From NCBI GenBank assembly GCA_013239625.1, contig MU054001.1, forward strand, positions 3,822,167-3,886,166: DNA of 64,000 nucleotides, in the 5' to 3' direction. Position numbers and translations under genes: made by a program. Below, one piece after another: positions 1 to 13,030 of the stretch (within the stretch, counting starts at the first letter, position 1; the number at the start of each line of letters is the position of its first letter). The stretch is from Lama guanicoe (Eukaryota). A model generated the notes under the pieces. It was not told the DNA's origin. It saw only the letters and a list, made by a program, of their open reading frames with translations, and made no database searches.

Positions 1-306
1 AAACAGAAACGGACTCATAGACATAGAATACAAAGTTGTGGTTGCCAAGGAGGAGGGGGGTGTGAAGGGATAGACTGGGAGTTCAAAATCTGTAGATACT
101 GACAGGCATATGTAGAATAGATAAACAACATTATACTGTATAGCACAGGGAAATATATACAAGATCTTGTGGTAGCTCACAGCGAAAGAGAATGTGACAA
201 TGAATATACGTATGTTCATGTATAACTGAAGAACTGTGCTCTACACTGGAATTTGACACAACACTGTAAAATGACTATAATTCGATAAAAAATGTTTTAA
301 AAAAAG
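1..306 (+). mobile_element. LINE-1 3' UTR end with A-rich tail (lineage-specific L1, cut by the window edge)
   Basis: aaacagaaacggactcatagacataga...tactgtatagcacaggga...gtataactga...A-rich tail; same motif family as the copies at 11.2, 29.1, 46.7 and 60.2 kb. Confidence 0.85.
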
Positions 307-1199
307 ACGTACACAACAATATGGACATTGTGTCACGAAAAGAAATGAAGACAAAATTACCCATTATATATATACAGCAGGAGTGCATTAAAAATGATAA
401 AATTAGCAGCCTGTCCATCATTCTCACTGATTTAAACAGAAAAAGAAAAATTCCTTGGAGAAATCTGAGTTGGAAATCATAACAATAAACTAGTGAACAA
501 TAACAATCAAACCCACCAGAAATGTCTTTTAAATGGAGAAAATGCATTTAAATGGAGAAAAATTTAAATTAAATTGAGAATAATTGCTTAATTGATATAT
601 TGCTTAACATCATCAGCCACAAGAGCATAATTCAGACCCAAATGACAATTTAATATCCGCAGAGAAATCTACTGAAGAAAATATAAGTTTATTTGAGTAG
701 AAATGAAGAATTATAAAACTTAATACCAAATATAATATACATAGTAACTATCTAAAAACCTCTTTCAGGTGAGATTACTGGTCAAAATAAATATTTTCAT
801 TATATTTTAGAAAATTTTATTTGAACAATTATTCAAGAAATCCTGGAAGGTTCTGTACAAATAACATCAGAGTTGCATACTATGATCTAGTGCTTCAAAA
901 TAAACTTTTGAGCTCCAGTTGTCTCATATGAGCAGGATTCTTGCCCATACAGACAATATTCAGAGTGATTCAGATCTCTATAGAAGGCTTCTTAGAATTA
1001 TCTATCAAAATGTAAAGTACACATACCCTTTGACCCAGCAAATCTACTTCCAGGAAGTTATCTTTTTTTTTAAGATCTTAAGAATATTTTAATGTGAATA
1101 TAATATACGCCGTTTAAATACTCAGATAACTATATTGCTGGCACACAGGAAAAATCTACAGATGACATGACGTTGAGAGGGAGAGACAAAACGTGAAAG

Positions 1200-1880
1200 A
1201 ACAGAATTAGTATCCAGAATGATGTGAAAATGCTGGAAGACTGGAGAACTCTAATGACATGAAGTTAAACAGGGACAAATGTAAAGTTCTGCCACATGTC
1301 CCCCCAATCAACCATAAAAGTATAGAATCATAAGCAGAAGCACATGCAAACAAATTTGGGGATAAGTCAAGTATAAGCTTAGTAATCATTAATTCATTAG
1401 TTTATAAGTGCATTCATTCAGACAAGAAATACTATCAACTCCATGCAAGGAAGGCACGGAAGTGGCTCTGGGAACATAACTCAAATTTTGACAGGGCTAT
1501 TCCAAAATCTTTTCTGCTGATGCCCTGTTCTATTGCAACAATCAGTCCACATATGGACTACGATGTTCTGTTCCCCTCAAGCTGTCCAAGTGTAAAGGTG
1601 TCTTCAACAAACCAGATCTTATTCACAATATCTAGAAGCCATGAGAAATGACTAAAATGACTCAAACTGTTTAGAGAGAACAGAAGACGTGAAGTGTAAA
1701 AGACTCTCGTCTTTGAATATCCGAGGGTTTCTGTAAGGAAGAGGGGTTGGATTTGTCCTAACTTCAACCCCAGTTAGAACTAGAATCAGTGAGGGAAATT
1801 GTGTGAAGGTAGATGTAAAGCATGTATCACATGAGGAGTGACTTTTTCACAATTAGAACTGTCTAAAATGAAATATTCTA
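1200..1880 (+). mobile_element. Ancient CR1/L3 LINE remnant
   Basis: atgaagttaaacagggacaaatgtaaagttctg reads MKLNRDKCKVL, the CR1 ORF2 post-RT motif; degraded CR1-like 3' sequence follows. Confidence 0.55.
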
Positions 1881-2209
1881 ATTTCTTTCAGGACAAAGTA
1901 ACTCTTCTATCAAAGGAACATATAGCTCCCTAAAAAGAAAGGGATGACAACATAGGAAGTTATCTTTTAGCTGCACTGGATACACGCAAATTGACATATA
2001 TATATGACATTACTTGCTGAAGCACTGTTTATAATAGCGAAAGATTGAAAACAGCCTTAATGCTCATCAGTAGGAACTAGTTAAATTATGATACATTCAT
2101 AAAATGAAATACAATGCAATAATTTAAGCAAAAGATTAAGTATGGAATTTATGAACAAATATGAAATGATCCCTAAGATCTACTGTTAACTTTTTTTTAA
2201 AAAAATGTA

Positions 2210-2900
2210 CAACTTACTCTTCTGGGAAGATAAGTAGATGTAATTTTTCCTATTCCTCCTGATAAGTACAACTAAAAACTCTAGATGTAACATATAAAAC
2301 AAAAATGAGAAGACCCTAAAAGGTGAAGAGAAGGCAGATAGGCTAGGAACTACAGGATCTAAGGAATGACACAAAGATTTGCCCAGGTTTTGTATTGCCT
2401 CCTATATCCCAAACTTAGAGCTGAAGAAGCCAGCAACCTAGAAAATGCAAATGGGCACAGACAAAAGAAATCCCCAACAAAAAGGTGTGGTCTCATTAAA
2501 GAATGAGAAAAGACAAATCCCAGCAGGACAGAAAACTTTTAGGCAATAATCACTCTACTGCTGTCAAACACAGTGGCCCCACCCACTCCAACAAAGGCCA
2601 AGTTGGGAAGCTGGACTTTTACCTCCACCTGGCAATAACAAGGTGATACATATTCCCTTAAGCCACAAAAATAGAAAGTTGAAATATGACCTAGAATCTC
2701 AGAACATAATATCCACTGTCCAATGTTTCAAATAAAAATCATTCATTATACCAAGAACCAGGAAGATCCCAAGAAGAATTTTAAAAGATAATCAATAAAC
2801 AACAACACTGAGACGACAAAGATGTTGCAGTTATCTGACGAAGATTTTTTAAACCAATCGTGATTAAAATGCTTCAATAAGCAATTACAAACACACTTGG
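2210..2900 (+). mobile_element. Old L1 (L1MC/L1M4-like) 5' region
   Basis: Resembles old L1 5' UTR/ORF1 start; appears to resume at ~6280 after a younger L1. Confidence 0.55.
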
Positions 2901-4156
2901 GAAAAAAACACACACAAGATAAAGAGAAAGGAATATAAGTATACCACTAAAGAAAGCCATCAAACCACAAAGGAATAGAGCAAGATAAGAAAAAAGGAAT
3001 AGAGAGGAAATACAAAAGCATCCAGAAACCAATTAACAAAATGACAATAAGTACATACTTATCAGTAATTTTTTACATGTGAATGGGCTAAATTATCTCA
3101 ACAAAAGACATAAAGGGGCTAAATGGATTTAGAAAAAACAAGACCCATCTGTATGCTGTCTACAAGAGACCCACTTCAGATATAAAAACACACAAACATT
3201 GAAGATCTAGGGATGGAAAAACATATTCCATGCAAATAGAAACCAAAAGAGGCTGGTGTGGTTATATTTATACCGAAAAAAAAAAAAAAAGACTTTGAAA
3301 CAAAAACTGTAGTAAAAGACAAAGTTGAGCATTACATAATGACAGAAGGGTCAATCCACCAAGAGGATACGTTTGTAAATATTTATGCACCCAACATATG
3401 AGCACCTAAATATATAAACAGACCTAAAAGTAGAAATAGACAGCAGTATAATAATAGTAGGGGACTTTAATACCTCACTTTCATTAATGGGTAGATTATC
3501 CAAACCGAAAATCAGTAAGGAATCATATGCCTTAAATGATACACTAAACCAGACAGACTTAACAGACATATACAGAACATTCCATTCAAAAGCAACAGAA
3601 TACAATTATTCTCAATTGCACATGAAATATTTTCCAGGAGAGATCACACATTAGGCCACAAAACAGGTCTTAATAAACCTAAGAGAACTGAAGTCATATA
3701 AAGCATATTTTCCAACCAACTGTATGAAACTAGAAATAATTACATAAAGAAAACTGGAAAATTCACAAATACGTGACAGTTAAACAACATGTTACTGAAC
3801 AATCAATGGGTTACAGAAGAAATAAAAAGAAAAATCAGAAAGTACCTAGAAACAAACAAAAATGAAAATATATAAAAATTTGTGGGATGTGGCAAAAGGA
3901 GCTCTGAGAGTGAAGCTCATAGTGACAAATACCAACCTCAAGAAACAAGAAAAGTCTCAAACCACCTAACTTTACATCTCGAGGAACTAGAAAAAGAACA
4001 AACAAAGTCCAAAGCTAGGATAAGGAAGGAAACAACAAAGATTAGAGCAGAAATAAATTAAACAGAGACTGAAAAGACAATAGAGAAGATCAATGAAATT
4101 AAGAGCTGGTCCTTTGGAAAGATAAACAAAACTGACAAGCCTTTAGCTAGACTTGC

Positions 4157-4202
<46 letters not shown>

Positions 4203-6277
4203 AGAAAACTCAAATAAATAAATTCAGAAACAAAAGAAGAGATATTACAACTGAAAACACGGAAATATAAAGGATCATAAGAAACTACTATGAACAATCA
4301 CATTCTAACAAACTGAACAACCTAGAAGAAATGGATAAACTCTGAAAAACATGTAACTCATCAAGACTGAATCATGATGAAATAGAAAATGTGAACAGAC
4401 CAATTACTAGAGACTGCATCAGTAATCAAAAACCTCCAAACAAACAAAACTGCCAGGAGAGATGGCTTCACTAGCGAATTCTACCAAACAATCAAAGAAG
4501 AATGATTAACAATCTTTCTCAAGCTCTTCCAAAAAACGAAACAGGAGGAAACTCTACTAACTTTATTTTATGAGGCCAGCATTACCCTGAAACCAAAACC
4601 AGAAAAGCATTATCACAAGAGAAGAAAGTTACAGGCCAACATCCTTGATGAACACAGATGCAAAAATCCTCAACAAAATATTTAGCAAACCAAACTAAAC
4701 AATACATTAAAAGGATCATATACCAAGATTGAGTGAGATAATTCCAGAGATGGAAAATGGTTCAACATCCGCAAATAAGTCAATGTGATACACTGTCTTA
4801 ATAAAATGAAGAATAAAAATCATACGGTCATTTCAGTAGATGCATCTGACTAAATTAAGCATCCATTAATGATAAAAATTCTCAACAAAGCAAGTACAGA
4901 AGGAACATACCTTGCCATAATAAAAGCTATGTATGACAAGCTCACAGCTAACATTATACTCAAAGCGGAAAGCTTTGCCTCTAAAATCAAGAACAAAATG
5001 GGGATGACCACTCTCACCACTTTTATTCAACATAGTGTTCAAAGTCCTAGCCAGGGCAATAAGGCAAGAAAAAGAAGTAAAAGGCACCCAAACTGGAAAG
5101 AAGTAAAACTGTCACTATTTGCAAATGACATCATAGAAAACCCTAAAGACTTCATCTAAAAACTGTCAGAACTAATAAACAAATTCAGCAAAGTTGCAGG
5201 ATACAAAATCAATACACAAAAATTTGTTGCATTTCTATACACAAACTATCAGAGAGAGAAATTAAGAAAACAACCCCATTTACAACTGCATCAAAGAGAA
5301 TAAAATACCCAGGAACAAATTTAACCAAGGAGGTGAAAAATTTATGTATTAAAAACAGTAAGACATTAATGAAAGAAGTTGAAGAAGACACAAACAAATG
5401 GAAAGATATTCCATGCTCATGAGTAGGAAGAATCAATATTGTTAAAATGTCATACTACCCAAAACAATCTACAGAGTCAATGCAATCCCTACCAAAATGC
5501 CAATGGCATGTTTCACAGAAATGGAAAAAGTAATCCAAAAATTTGTATAGAACTACAAAAGACCTAAGAGTACAAAGCAATCCTGAGAAAGAAGAATAAA
5601 GTGGGAAGCAACACACTTCCTGATTTCAAACGATATTACACAGCAACAGTAATTAAAACACTACAGTATGGGCATAAAAACAGACACACAGATGAGTGGA
5701 ACAGAAAAGAGAGCCCAGAAATAAACCCACGCACACAGGGTCATTTAATTTACTACAAAGGAGAGAAGAATATAAAATGCGGAAAGGACATTCTCCCCCA
5801 ATAAACTGTGCTACAAAAACTGGATGGCCACAAGCAAAAGAATGACCAATATATTACACCATACACAAAAATTAATTCAAAATGGATTAAAGACTTGAAC
5901 ATAAGACCTGAAACCGTAAAACTCCTAGAAGAAAACATAAGTAGCAAGCTTCATGACATAGATCTTAGTGATGATTTTTTGAATCTGAACAAAAAGCAAA
6001 TGCAATGAAAGCAAAAATAAACATGTAGGACTACGTTAAATTAAAAAGCTTCTGCACAGCAAAAGGAATCAACAAAATGAAAAGGCAATCTACTGAATGG
6101 AAGAAAATATTTGCAAACATGTATCTGATAAGGAGCTAATATCCAAAATTTATAAAGAATACATACAACTCAATAACAAACAAATAAACAATCCGACTGA
6201 AAAATGGGCAGAAGATCTGAATAAACATTTTTCCAAGGAAGACATACAGATGACCAACAGGTACATGAAGAGGTGCT
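2900..6277 (+). mobile_element. Decayed L1 ORF2 (endonuclease, RT and C-terminal part), no 3' UTR
   Basis: ORF fragments such as [29 protein letters not shown] and LSLFANDII; many frameshifts and stops. Confidence 0.92.
4158..4199. repeat. A42 homopolymer inside L1 ORF2
   Basis: 42 consecutive A. Confidence 0.95.
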
Positions 6278-6279
6278 GT

Positions 6280-8843
6280 AATAATTTGTCATCAACAAAC
6301 CTATCCTAAAATAATGGCTAAAGGGAATTCTCTAAAGAAAAAAGTGAACAAAAAGGAATCTTGGGACGTTAGGAAAAAAGAAAGAACAACAGAAAGAGAA
6401 AAGTGTGGGTAAATACAATAAGCTTTCCCTCTTCTCTCAAGTTTTCTAAATTATGTTTAATGACTGAAGTAAAAATTATAAAACTGTCTGGTATGGTTCT
6501 AAGTATATGTCAAAGAAATATTTAAGACAATTATGTTATCAATGGAAAAGCATGAAGGAATAAAAAGGGTGATAAGGTTTCTATATTTCACTCAAACTGG
6601 TAAAATCATGACACCAGAAAACCATGATAAAATAGGTATACATAATGTACTATCTAGAGCAATCATTAAAAAAGCTATACAAAGAGACAGTGATAAATAC
6701 TACAAATACATGTCAATTATATCTCAACTAAAAAGTACTACAGATTAAAACAAAATGGAATTTTTAGCAATGTTCAAGAAACTGAGAACAGAGGAAAAAA
6801 AACAAATTTTTTAAAAAGAGAAAGAACAAACAAAACACAAAATAAAATGTCAGACTTAAGTCGCAACACACCATTACACTACACTAAATGTAATTAATAT
6901 AAACAAACCAACTGAAAGACAGAGATTGGCAGAGTATATTAAAAAACATGACCCAACTATATACTGTCTATAAGAAACTCGCTTCAAATATATTGTAGCA
7001 GGTTCAAAGTAGAAGGTTAGAAAATGTTCATACACATGTAAATATTAATACAAAAAAGCACAAGTAGCTATATTAATACATTATGAAGTAGGCATCAAAG
7101 CAAAGAAAATTACTAGAGATAGGAAATTATAAAATTCTAAAATAATCAACCAAGAAAACAATCCTAAATGTGAATGCACCAAAAAAAAAAAAAGTGCAAA
7201 ATACATGAAGCAAAAACTAACAGAAATGAAAAAAGAAAAAGATTACTACTATAATTACAGCTGGAGATTCCAACATCACTCTCTCAATAACTGATGAAAC
7301 AAGTAGACAAAAAGTTAAAGATATAGAAGAACTCAACAACACCATTAACTAACAGAATCTAATCAACTCCACCAAATAACAGCAAAACATACCTTCTTTT
7401 CAAGTGTCTATGGAACATATACCAAATTATATCATGTCCTGGGCTGGGTCATGAAACAAATTTAAGATATTTTAAATCATTCAGAGTGTATTCTCTGAGC
7501 ACAATAAAACCAAACTAGAAATCAGTAACAGGATATAACAGGAAAATCTTCAAATACTTGGAAACTAAACAGCACACTTCTAATAAGCCCTGGGTTAAAA
7601 AGGAAGCATCAAAGGGAATTTTAAAAATACACTACATTAGTTGAAAATGAAAATAAAACATCAAAATGTGTGGGACACAGCTAAAGCAGTGCTGACAGAG
7701 AAATTTATAGTACTAAATGAACACATTAAAAAAGAGGAGCGGTCTCAAATTGATAATCTAAGCTCCCACTGAAGATCCTGGAAAAAGAAGAGCAAAATAA
7801 ACCCAAAGCAAGCAGAAGGAAGGAAACAGTAAAGTCCAGAAATCAGTAAAATTAAAAAGAGAAAAATAATAGAGAAAATAAGTGAAACAAAGAGTTGGCT
7901 TTCTCTTCTGAAAATGTGGTGCTTGAAAGTAAAAGTATATAAATGTTCACCTCCTTTGACCCAGAAATCCCACTCCAGGGAATTGCTTGATTCTAAGCAA
8001 ATAATTCAAATGAATGTTGTTACAGCATAGTTTGTAATGTGACAAATCTGAAACAAACTCAAAGCCCAAAGTTTAATAAGTTACAGTACACACACACACA
8101 AAATAAAAAGAGTTGGCTATCTGAAAAGACCTCTAGCTATCAGCAATGAAACGAGATATCACTACAGACCATGCAGACATCAAAAGGATAATAAGAAAAT
8201 GGAAAACTAGCACAGACAAAGTTGACAACCTAGATAAAACAGACCAATTCCTAAAAAACACAAACTACCACAATTCACCCAATATGAAATACATAATTTG
8301 AATAGTGATATAATTATTAAATAAATTGATTTATATTAAAATTCACAAAAAAGAAATCTTTAGACCAACTGGCTTAACTGGAAAGTTCTATCAGAATTTA
8401 AAGAATTAACAGCAATTCTACACAATCTCTTCTAGTAAACAGAAGAGGAGAAAATACTTCATTTCAATTCAGTATAGCTTCCAATTCATTCATACAAATC
8501 TCCTATTACCTTGATACCAAAACCAGACAAAGATGGTACAAAAAAAAAAGTATAGATCAATATCTCCCATGAAAATAAACAGAAAAATTCTTAACAAAAT
8601 ACTACCAAAAAGAATTCAACAATATATAAAAAGAATTATACACTATGACCAAGTAGAAGTTATTCCAGGGACGCAAAGTTGTTTCAATGTTTGAAAATCA
8701 ACAAATGTAATACAACACATTAGCAAATTAAAGAAAAACCACATAACCATATCAATGGATGCAGAAAAGGCATTTGAAAAACTCAATAATCATTCATGCT
8801 AGAAACTCTCAGAAAAATAGAAATAGATGGAAACTTCTTGAAA

Positions 8844-8896
<53 letters not shown>

Positions 8897-9235
8897 CCTA
8901 CAGTTAACCTTATAATTAATGGTAAAAGACTTAATGCTTGCCCCCTTAAGATCAGGAACAAGACAAAGATACCTGCCCTTGCCATTCTTATTCAACGTAG
9001 TGCTTCTATCCACTGCAATACATGCAAAAAAGAAAGAAAGAAAGAAAAGAAAAGGGATACAGATCAAAAAGGAAGAAATAAAACTGTCCTTATCTGCAGA
9101 TAACATGACTGAGTATGTAGGAAACCCCAAAGAATCTAAAACAAACAAAAAAAATAACAAAACCAAAAAAACCTCCTGAAACTAGTAAATTCAGCAAGGC
9201 TGTAGGATACACTATAAAAGTCCATTTTATTTCTA
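6280..9235 (+). mobile_element. Older L1 (L1MC-like): ORF1 end, inter-ORF region and ORF2 through RT
   Basis: PLRSGTRQRYLPLPFLFNVVL...GIQIKKEEIKLSLSADNM in the ORF track; endonuclease-region motifs at 6850-7700. Confidence 0.88.
8846..8893. repeat. (CA)24 microsatellite
   Basis: Read directly from the sequence. Confidence 0.95.
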
Positions 9236-10060
9236 CAGTAAAACAGTATGATACTGGCACAAAAACAGACACAGAGGCCAGTGGAAGAGAATAGCAAGCC
9301 CAGAAATAAACCTGTGGTCCATCTACGACAAAGGAGTCTAAAATATTCAATGGAGAAAAGACGACAAACTTTTCAGTAAGTGGTGCTGGGAAAACCGGAC
9401 AACTACATGCAAAAGAATGAAACTGCAACATTCTCTAACACCATATACAAAAATAAACTCAAAATGGATTAAAGATCTAAATGTAAGATCAAAATGCATA
9501 AAACTTCTAGAAGAAAAATTGGCAGAACACTCTTTGCCATAATTTGTAGCAACATTCTTTTTTGGATTTGTCTCCTAAATCAAAGGAAATAAAAGCAAAA
9601 TTAATAAACAGAACCTAATTAAACTTAGAAGCTTTTGCAAAGCAAAGGAAACCATTGATTAAAAAAAAAAAAGACAACCTACTGAACAGAAGAAAACATT
9701 TGCAATTGATGTGACTAACAAGGGGTTAATATCCAAAATCCATTAACAGTTTATACAAATCAACATCAAAAACATAAGCAACCCCATTAAAAATTGAGCA
9801 GAAGATTTGAATAGACATTTTCCAAAAAAGACATACTTTGGCCAACAGGTATACGAAGAGATGCTCAACATCATTATTCATCAGAGAAATGCAAATTAAA
9901 AGCATGAGATAACACCTCACACCTGTCAGAATGGCTATCATTAAAAAGACCACAAATAACAAATGTTGGTGAGGGTACGGAGAAAAGGGAACCATGGTAC
10001 ACTGTTGCTGAGAATGTAAATTGGTTCAGCCACTGTGGAAAACAGTATGAAGCTCTCCAA
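9236..10060 (+). mobile_element. Internal fragment of a younger L1 (ORF2 C-terminal part)
   Basis: acaccatatacaaaaataaactcaaaatggattaaaga...cacacctgtcagaatggctatcatt; parallels 5650-6270. Confidence 0.88.
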
Positions 10061-10069
10061 ACCCCATAC

Positions 10070-10405
10070 TTTAGGGGTTTGACAGAGACTTCATCAGACA
10101 GGCATCACTGATTATTAACTCAATTTCCAGCCAATCTCCCCTCTCCAGAGAATGGGGCTGTGGCTGAAAGTTCTAAGCTTTTAATCACAGTTTGGTCTTT
10201 GTAGAGACCAGCCCCTGATCCAGGAGCCCACTAAGAGTCACCTGATAAGAACAAAAGGCACTTCTACTACCCAGGAATTTCCAAGGAAGATTTAGGAGCT
10301 ATATGCCAGACACTCCTCCTACCACTCAGGAAATTACAAGGGTTTCAGAAGCTCTGTGTCAGGAACCTGAGTCAAAGAACCAAACATTACCAAGAATCAG
10401 AGACA
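10070..10405. mobile_element. MER21-like LTR fragment
   Basis: ggctgaaagttctaagcttttaatcac and cactcaggaaattacaagggtttcagaagctctgtgtcagga motifs; family assigned from memory. Confidence 0.55.
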
Positions 10406-10411
10406 GAAGTG

Positions 10412-10414
<3 letters not shown>

Positions 10415-10456
<42 letters not shown>
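10415..10456. repeat. (AC)21 microsatellite followed by a compound TA/CA tract
   Basis: Read directly from the sequence. Confidence 0.95.
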
Positions 10457-10463
<7 letters not shown>

Positions 10464-10494
10464 CACACACACATATATATATGTATATGTTTCA

Positions 10495-10895
10495 CACCAC
10501 AGAACGGAATAATTCTCAGCAATAAAAGGTCACATGAATGAGTTAACAAATAATTATGTTGAATGAAGTCAGTCAGACTAAAAAAAAAGTACATCTTGAG
10601 TTACTCCATTTATATAAAATCCTAGAAAATGTGAACAAATGTATATTGACTGAAAAAAGATGAATGGTTGCCTAGACTTGGGGAGGGGGAGGATGCAGGC
10701 AGAGGTGGGAGGAAGTAAACACAAGGGCATACCCATACCTTGGGGCGACGGACGTGTTCACTATACTGATTGTGGTGAAGGTCTCATTGGTGTATACATA
10801 TGTTAAATATTTAAAGCATATCAAATTATATACTTTAAATATGTGCAGTTTATTATATGTCAATTAAATCTCAATAAAATTATTAAAATTATAAA
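10495..10895 (+). mobile_element. L1MC-like 3' UTR
   Basis: tccatttatataaaat...tttaaatatgtgcagtttattatatgtcaattaaatctcaataaa, a typical L1MC terminus. Confidence 0.8.
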
Positions 10896-11201
10896 AAGAA
10901 GGCACAAAAAGTATATAAAATATGCAAATACTGAATAACAAAGAAACAATTTAATCAAGAAGAACACAAAAAGAAATTGGGTAGCTGAGGGGCAATGTAA
11001 GGAGGAAAAGTTCTCATATACCTTTTTAAAAGTCTATGTAAACGTGAATGTAGTACATAATCTAAAAAATAAAGTTAGCATTACATTCCCAACTCCCAAA
11101 ACTATAAAAGAAGACACAGACTAGACTAGAAAAAGCAGAAATGTATAATTTAGCGAAGGCACTAATGATATGCTTCATCACAACAGCTTTAAGAATCTGA
11201 A

Positions 11202-11491
11202 CATGGTTTGTTTTCCATGTCCATGAGACTGGCACCAAAGGGGAAAAGGTGAGGAGGGATAAATTAGGGGCTGGGGATTAACAGACACACATTACTACAT
11301 ATAAAATAGATAAACAACAAGGACCTGTATAGCACAGGGAACTCTATTCAATTTCTCACAATAACATGTAATGGAAAAGAATCTAAAAAGAAAATACATA
11401 TATGCATGTATATGTATAACTGAATCACTTTGCTATACATCTGAAACTAACATTGTAAATCAACTATACGTCAATAAAAAAAATTTTTAAA
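11202..11491 (+). mobile_element. Short L1 3' end with a 5' inversion and TSD
   Basis: TSD AAGAA(T/C)CTGAA at 11191-11201 and 11492-11502; 11202-11230 is the reverse complement of the adjoining L1 segment. Confidence 0.85.
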
Positions 11492-12866
11492 AAGAACCTG
11501 AATGTCAAATCAGATACGTTAAGAGTTTTTAACATTTGAAACAGTAATGAAGAGAGAAAAAACTATCATACGTTGAAGACTCCTATATTTTTAGTCAAAA
11601 GTATTTTTCAGAAGCCTACTATAACAAGCTATTTGAATTGGATGAATTCTTTCCCAATTTTGTCAACTCTTCAACTGCCTCAAAAAAATTTTTTTAATGC
11701 TGGAAATAATTTCATCCTACAAATGAAGGTAATTGGGCAAGAAAAAGAAACTAAGGAACTATAAATTAGACGTCATAACTCTTTTTTTCTCTCAAGAAAT
11801 GGGTGTTAATGATGATATGAAATATAGTTGAACACCCATTTAAATATATGAAATTAATTTTTATTTAAACAACTGTGTTTTTTACAGTCTATTTGCAAGC
11901 TTTATTTTGTTGGCAAAAAAAGTATAATTGGTGTATTATGTTCTAAAAGCTGGTATCATTCTTAATTATCTTCTATTCAGGGTTTATGAAAATCAAGCTC
12001 TAAAAGGAAAAAAAAAATCTTTTTCCTTGCTTGTCACTGCTCTGAGAGCCAGTAACAATGACAATGATAGCCATTGATCTATAAGATCAAAGTTTGCCTA
12101 ACAAGTGATTCCCAAGAGATTCATGTAACTAATTTTCACTATTTTAATTTTACATCATTATTCAAATATAATTGTAAACATTTTTGAAGATAAATACTAC
12201 TAGATGAGTTCTTCATCAGGTTATAGACAATTCCATCACATGAAAAATAGAAATGGTAGCTTTTTCTTCTTAAGTACTACTGTAGAAACCAAGATCATTT
12301 ACATTTCAAACCAAATTGAGTTATGGAAAAAGAATACAGAAGAAAATACAGCTTTGGAGTTTGGGTGGAAAAGGGGGAGTGAGTACATTTCAAATCTTTA
12401 TTCTACAGCAAACTAAGAAAAACACAATCAGTTGTACATACGCCAACTTCATATTTCAGGTATCTTTTTCTTTCTTAAATTATAATACTAAACTAATGAT
12501 TTTCTAAGCCTCTCAACTTACAATTTAGTTGTAAGATGCAAAATTCAAAGAAATTCAATTAAGGTAGGTAAAAAAAAAAAAGGATGGTTACACAAATAAG
12601 GTTTTGAGCTTTCAAAAGTACCCTTTGGAAATTCATTAAAAAAAAAAAATCAAGCAAGAAAGAAAAAGAAAACCCACAAGGATACGTGATTTGGTAAGAC
12701 AAGTTAAATTACATTTATCCAGGTGGTTCTAGAAAAACAGTATTACTGAGAACAGGTTATCCCTGTAAGAATAAAGAAAGAAAAAAATTTGATTTTACAA
12801 GGGCTCCCCTTCACTATCCAGCAAGTTAACATTATAAAATTAGCATAACTCACAGATTTTGCAGGA

Positions 12867-13030
12867 CAGGGTTTTTCAACCTCAGCAAAGCTGGCATTTT
12901 GGGCCAGATCGTTTTCTGCGGAGGGCTGCTCTCTGCATTGTCTCTATCCACTAGATTCAAGTAGTACAGTTGTGACAATCAAAAATGTCTCCAGGCATTG
13001 CAAAATCACCCCAGGGTTAAGAATTACTGG
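12867..13030. mobile_element. MER20-like hAT DNA transposon relic
   Basis: cagggtttttcaacctcagca...catttt gggccagat...aaaatgtctccaggcattgc...ttaagaattactg with CAG...CTG ends. Confidence 0.7.

Noticed and set aside
528..582. Short repeated ttaaatggagaa units, superficially array-like
   Set aside because: Only two or three degenerate AT-rich copies from local slippage; no repeat-spacer structure, and CRISPR is not expected in mammalian DNA.
2900..10060. Possible active reverse transcriptase or novel RT system
   Set aside because: All RT and endonuclease-like fragments are frameshifted LINE-1 ORF2 remnants.
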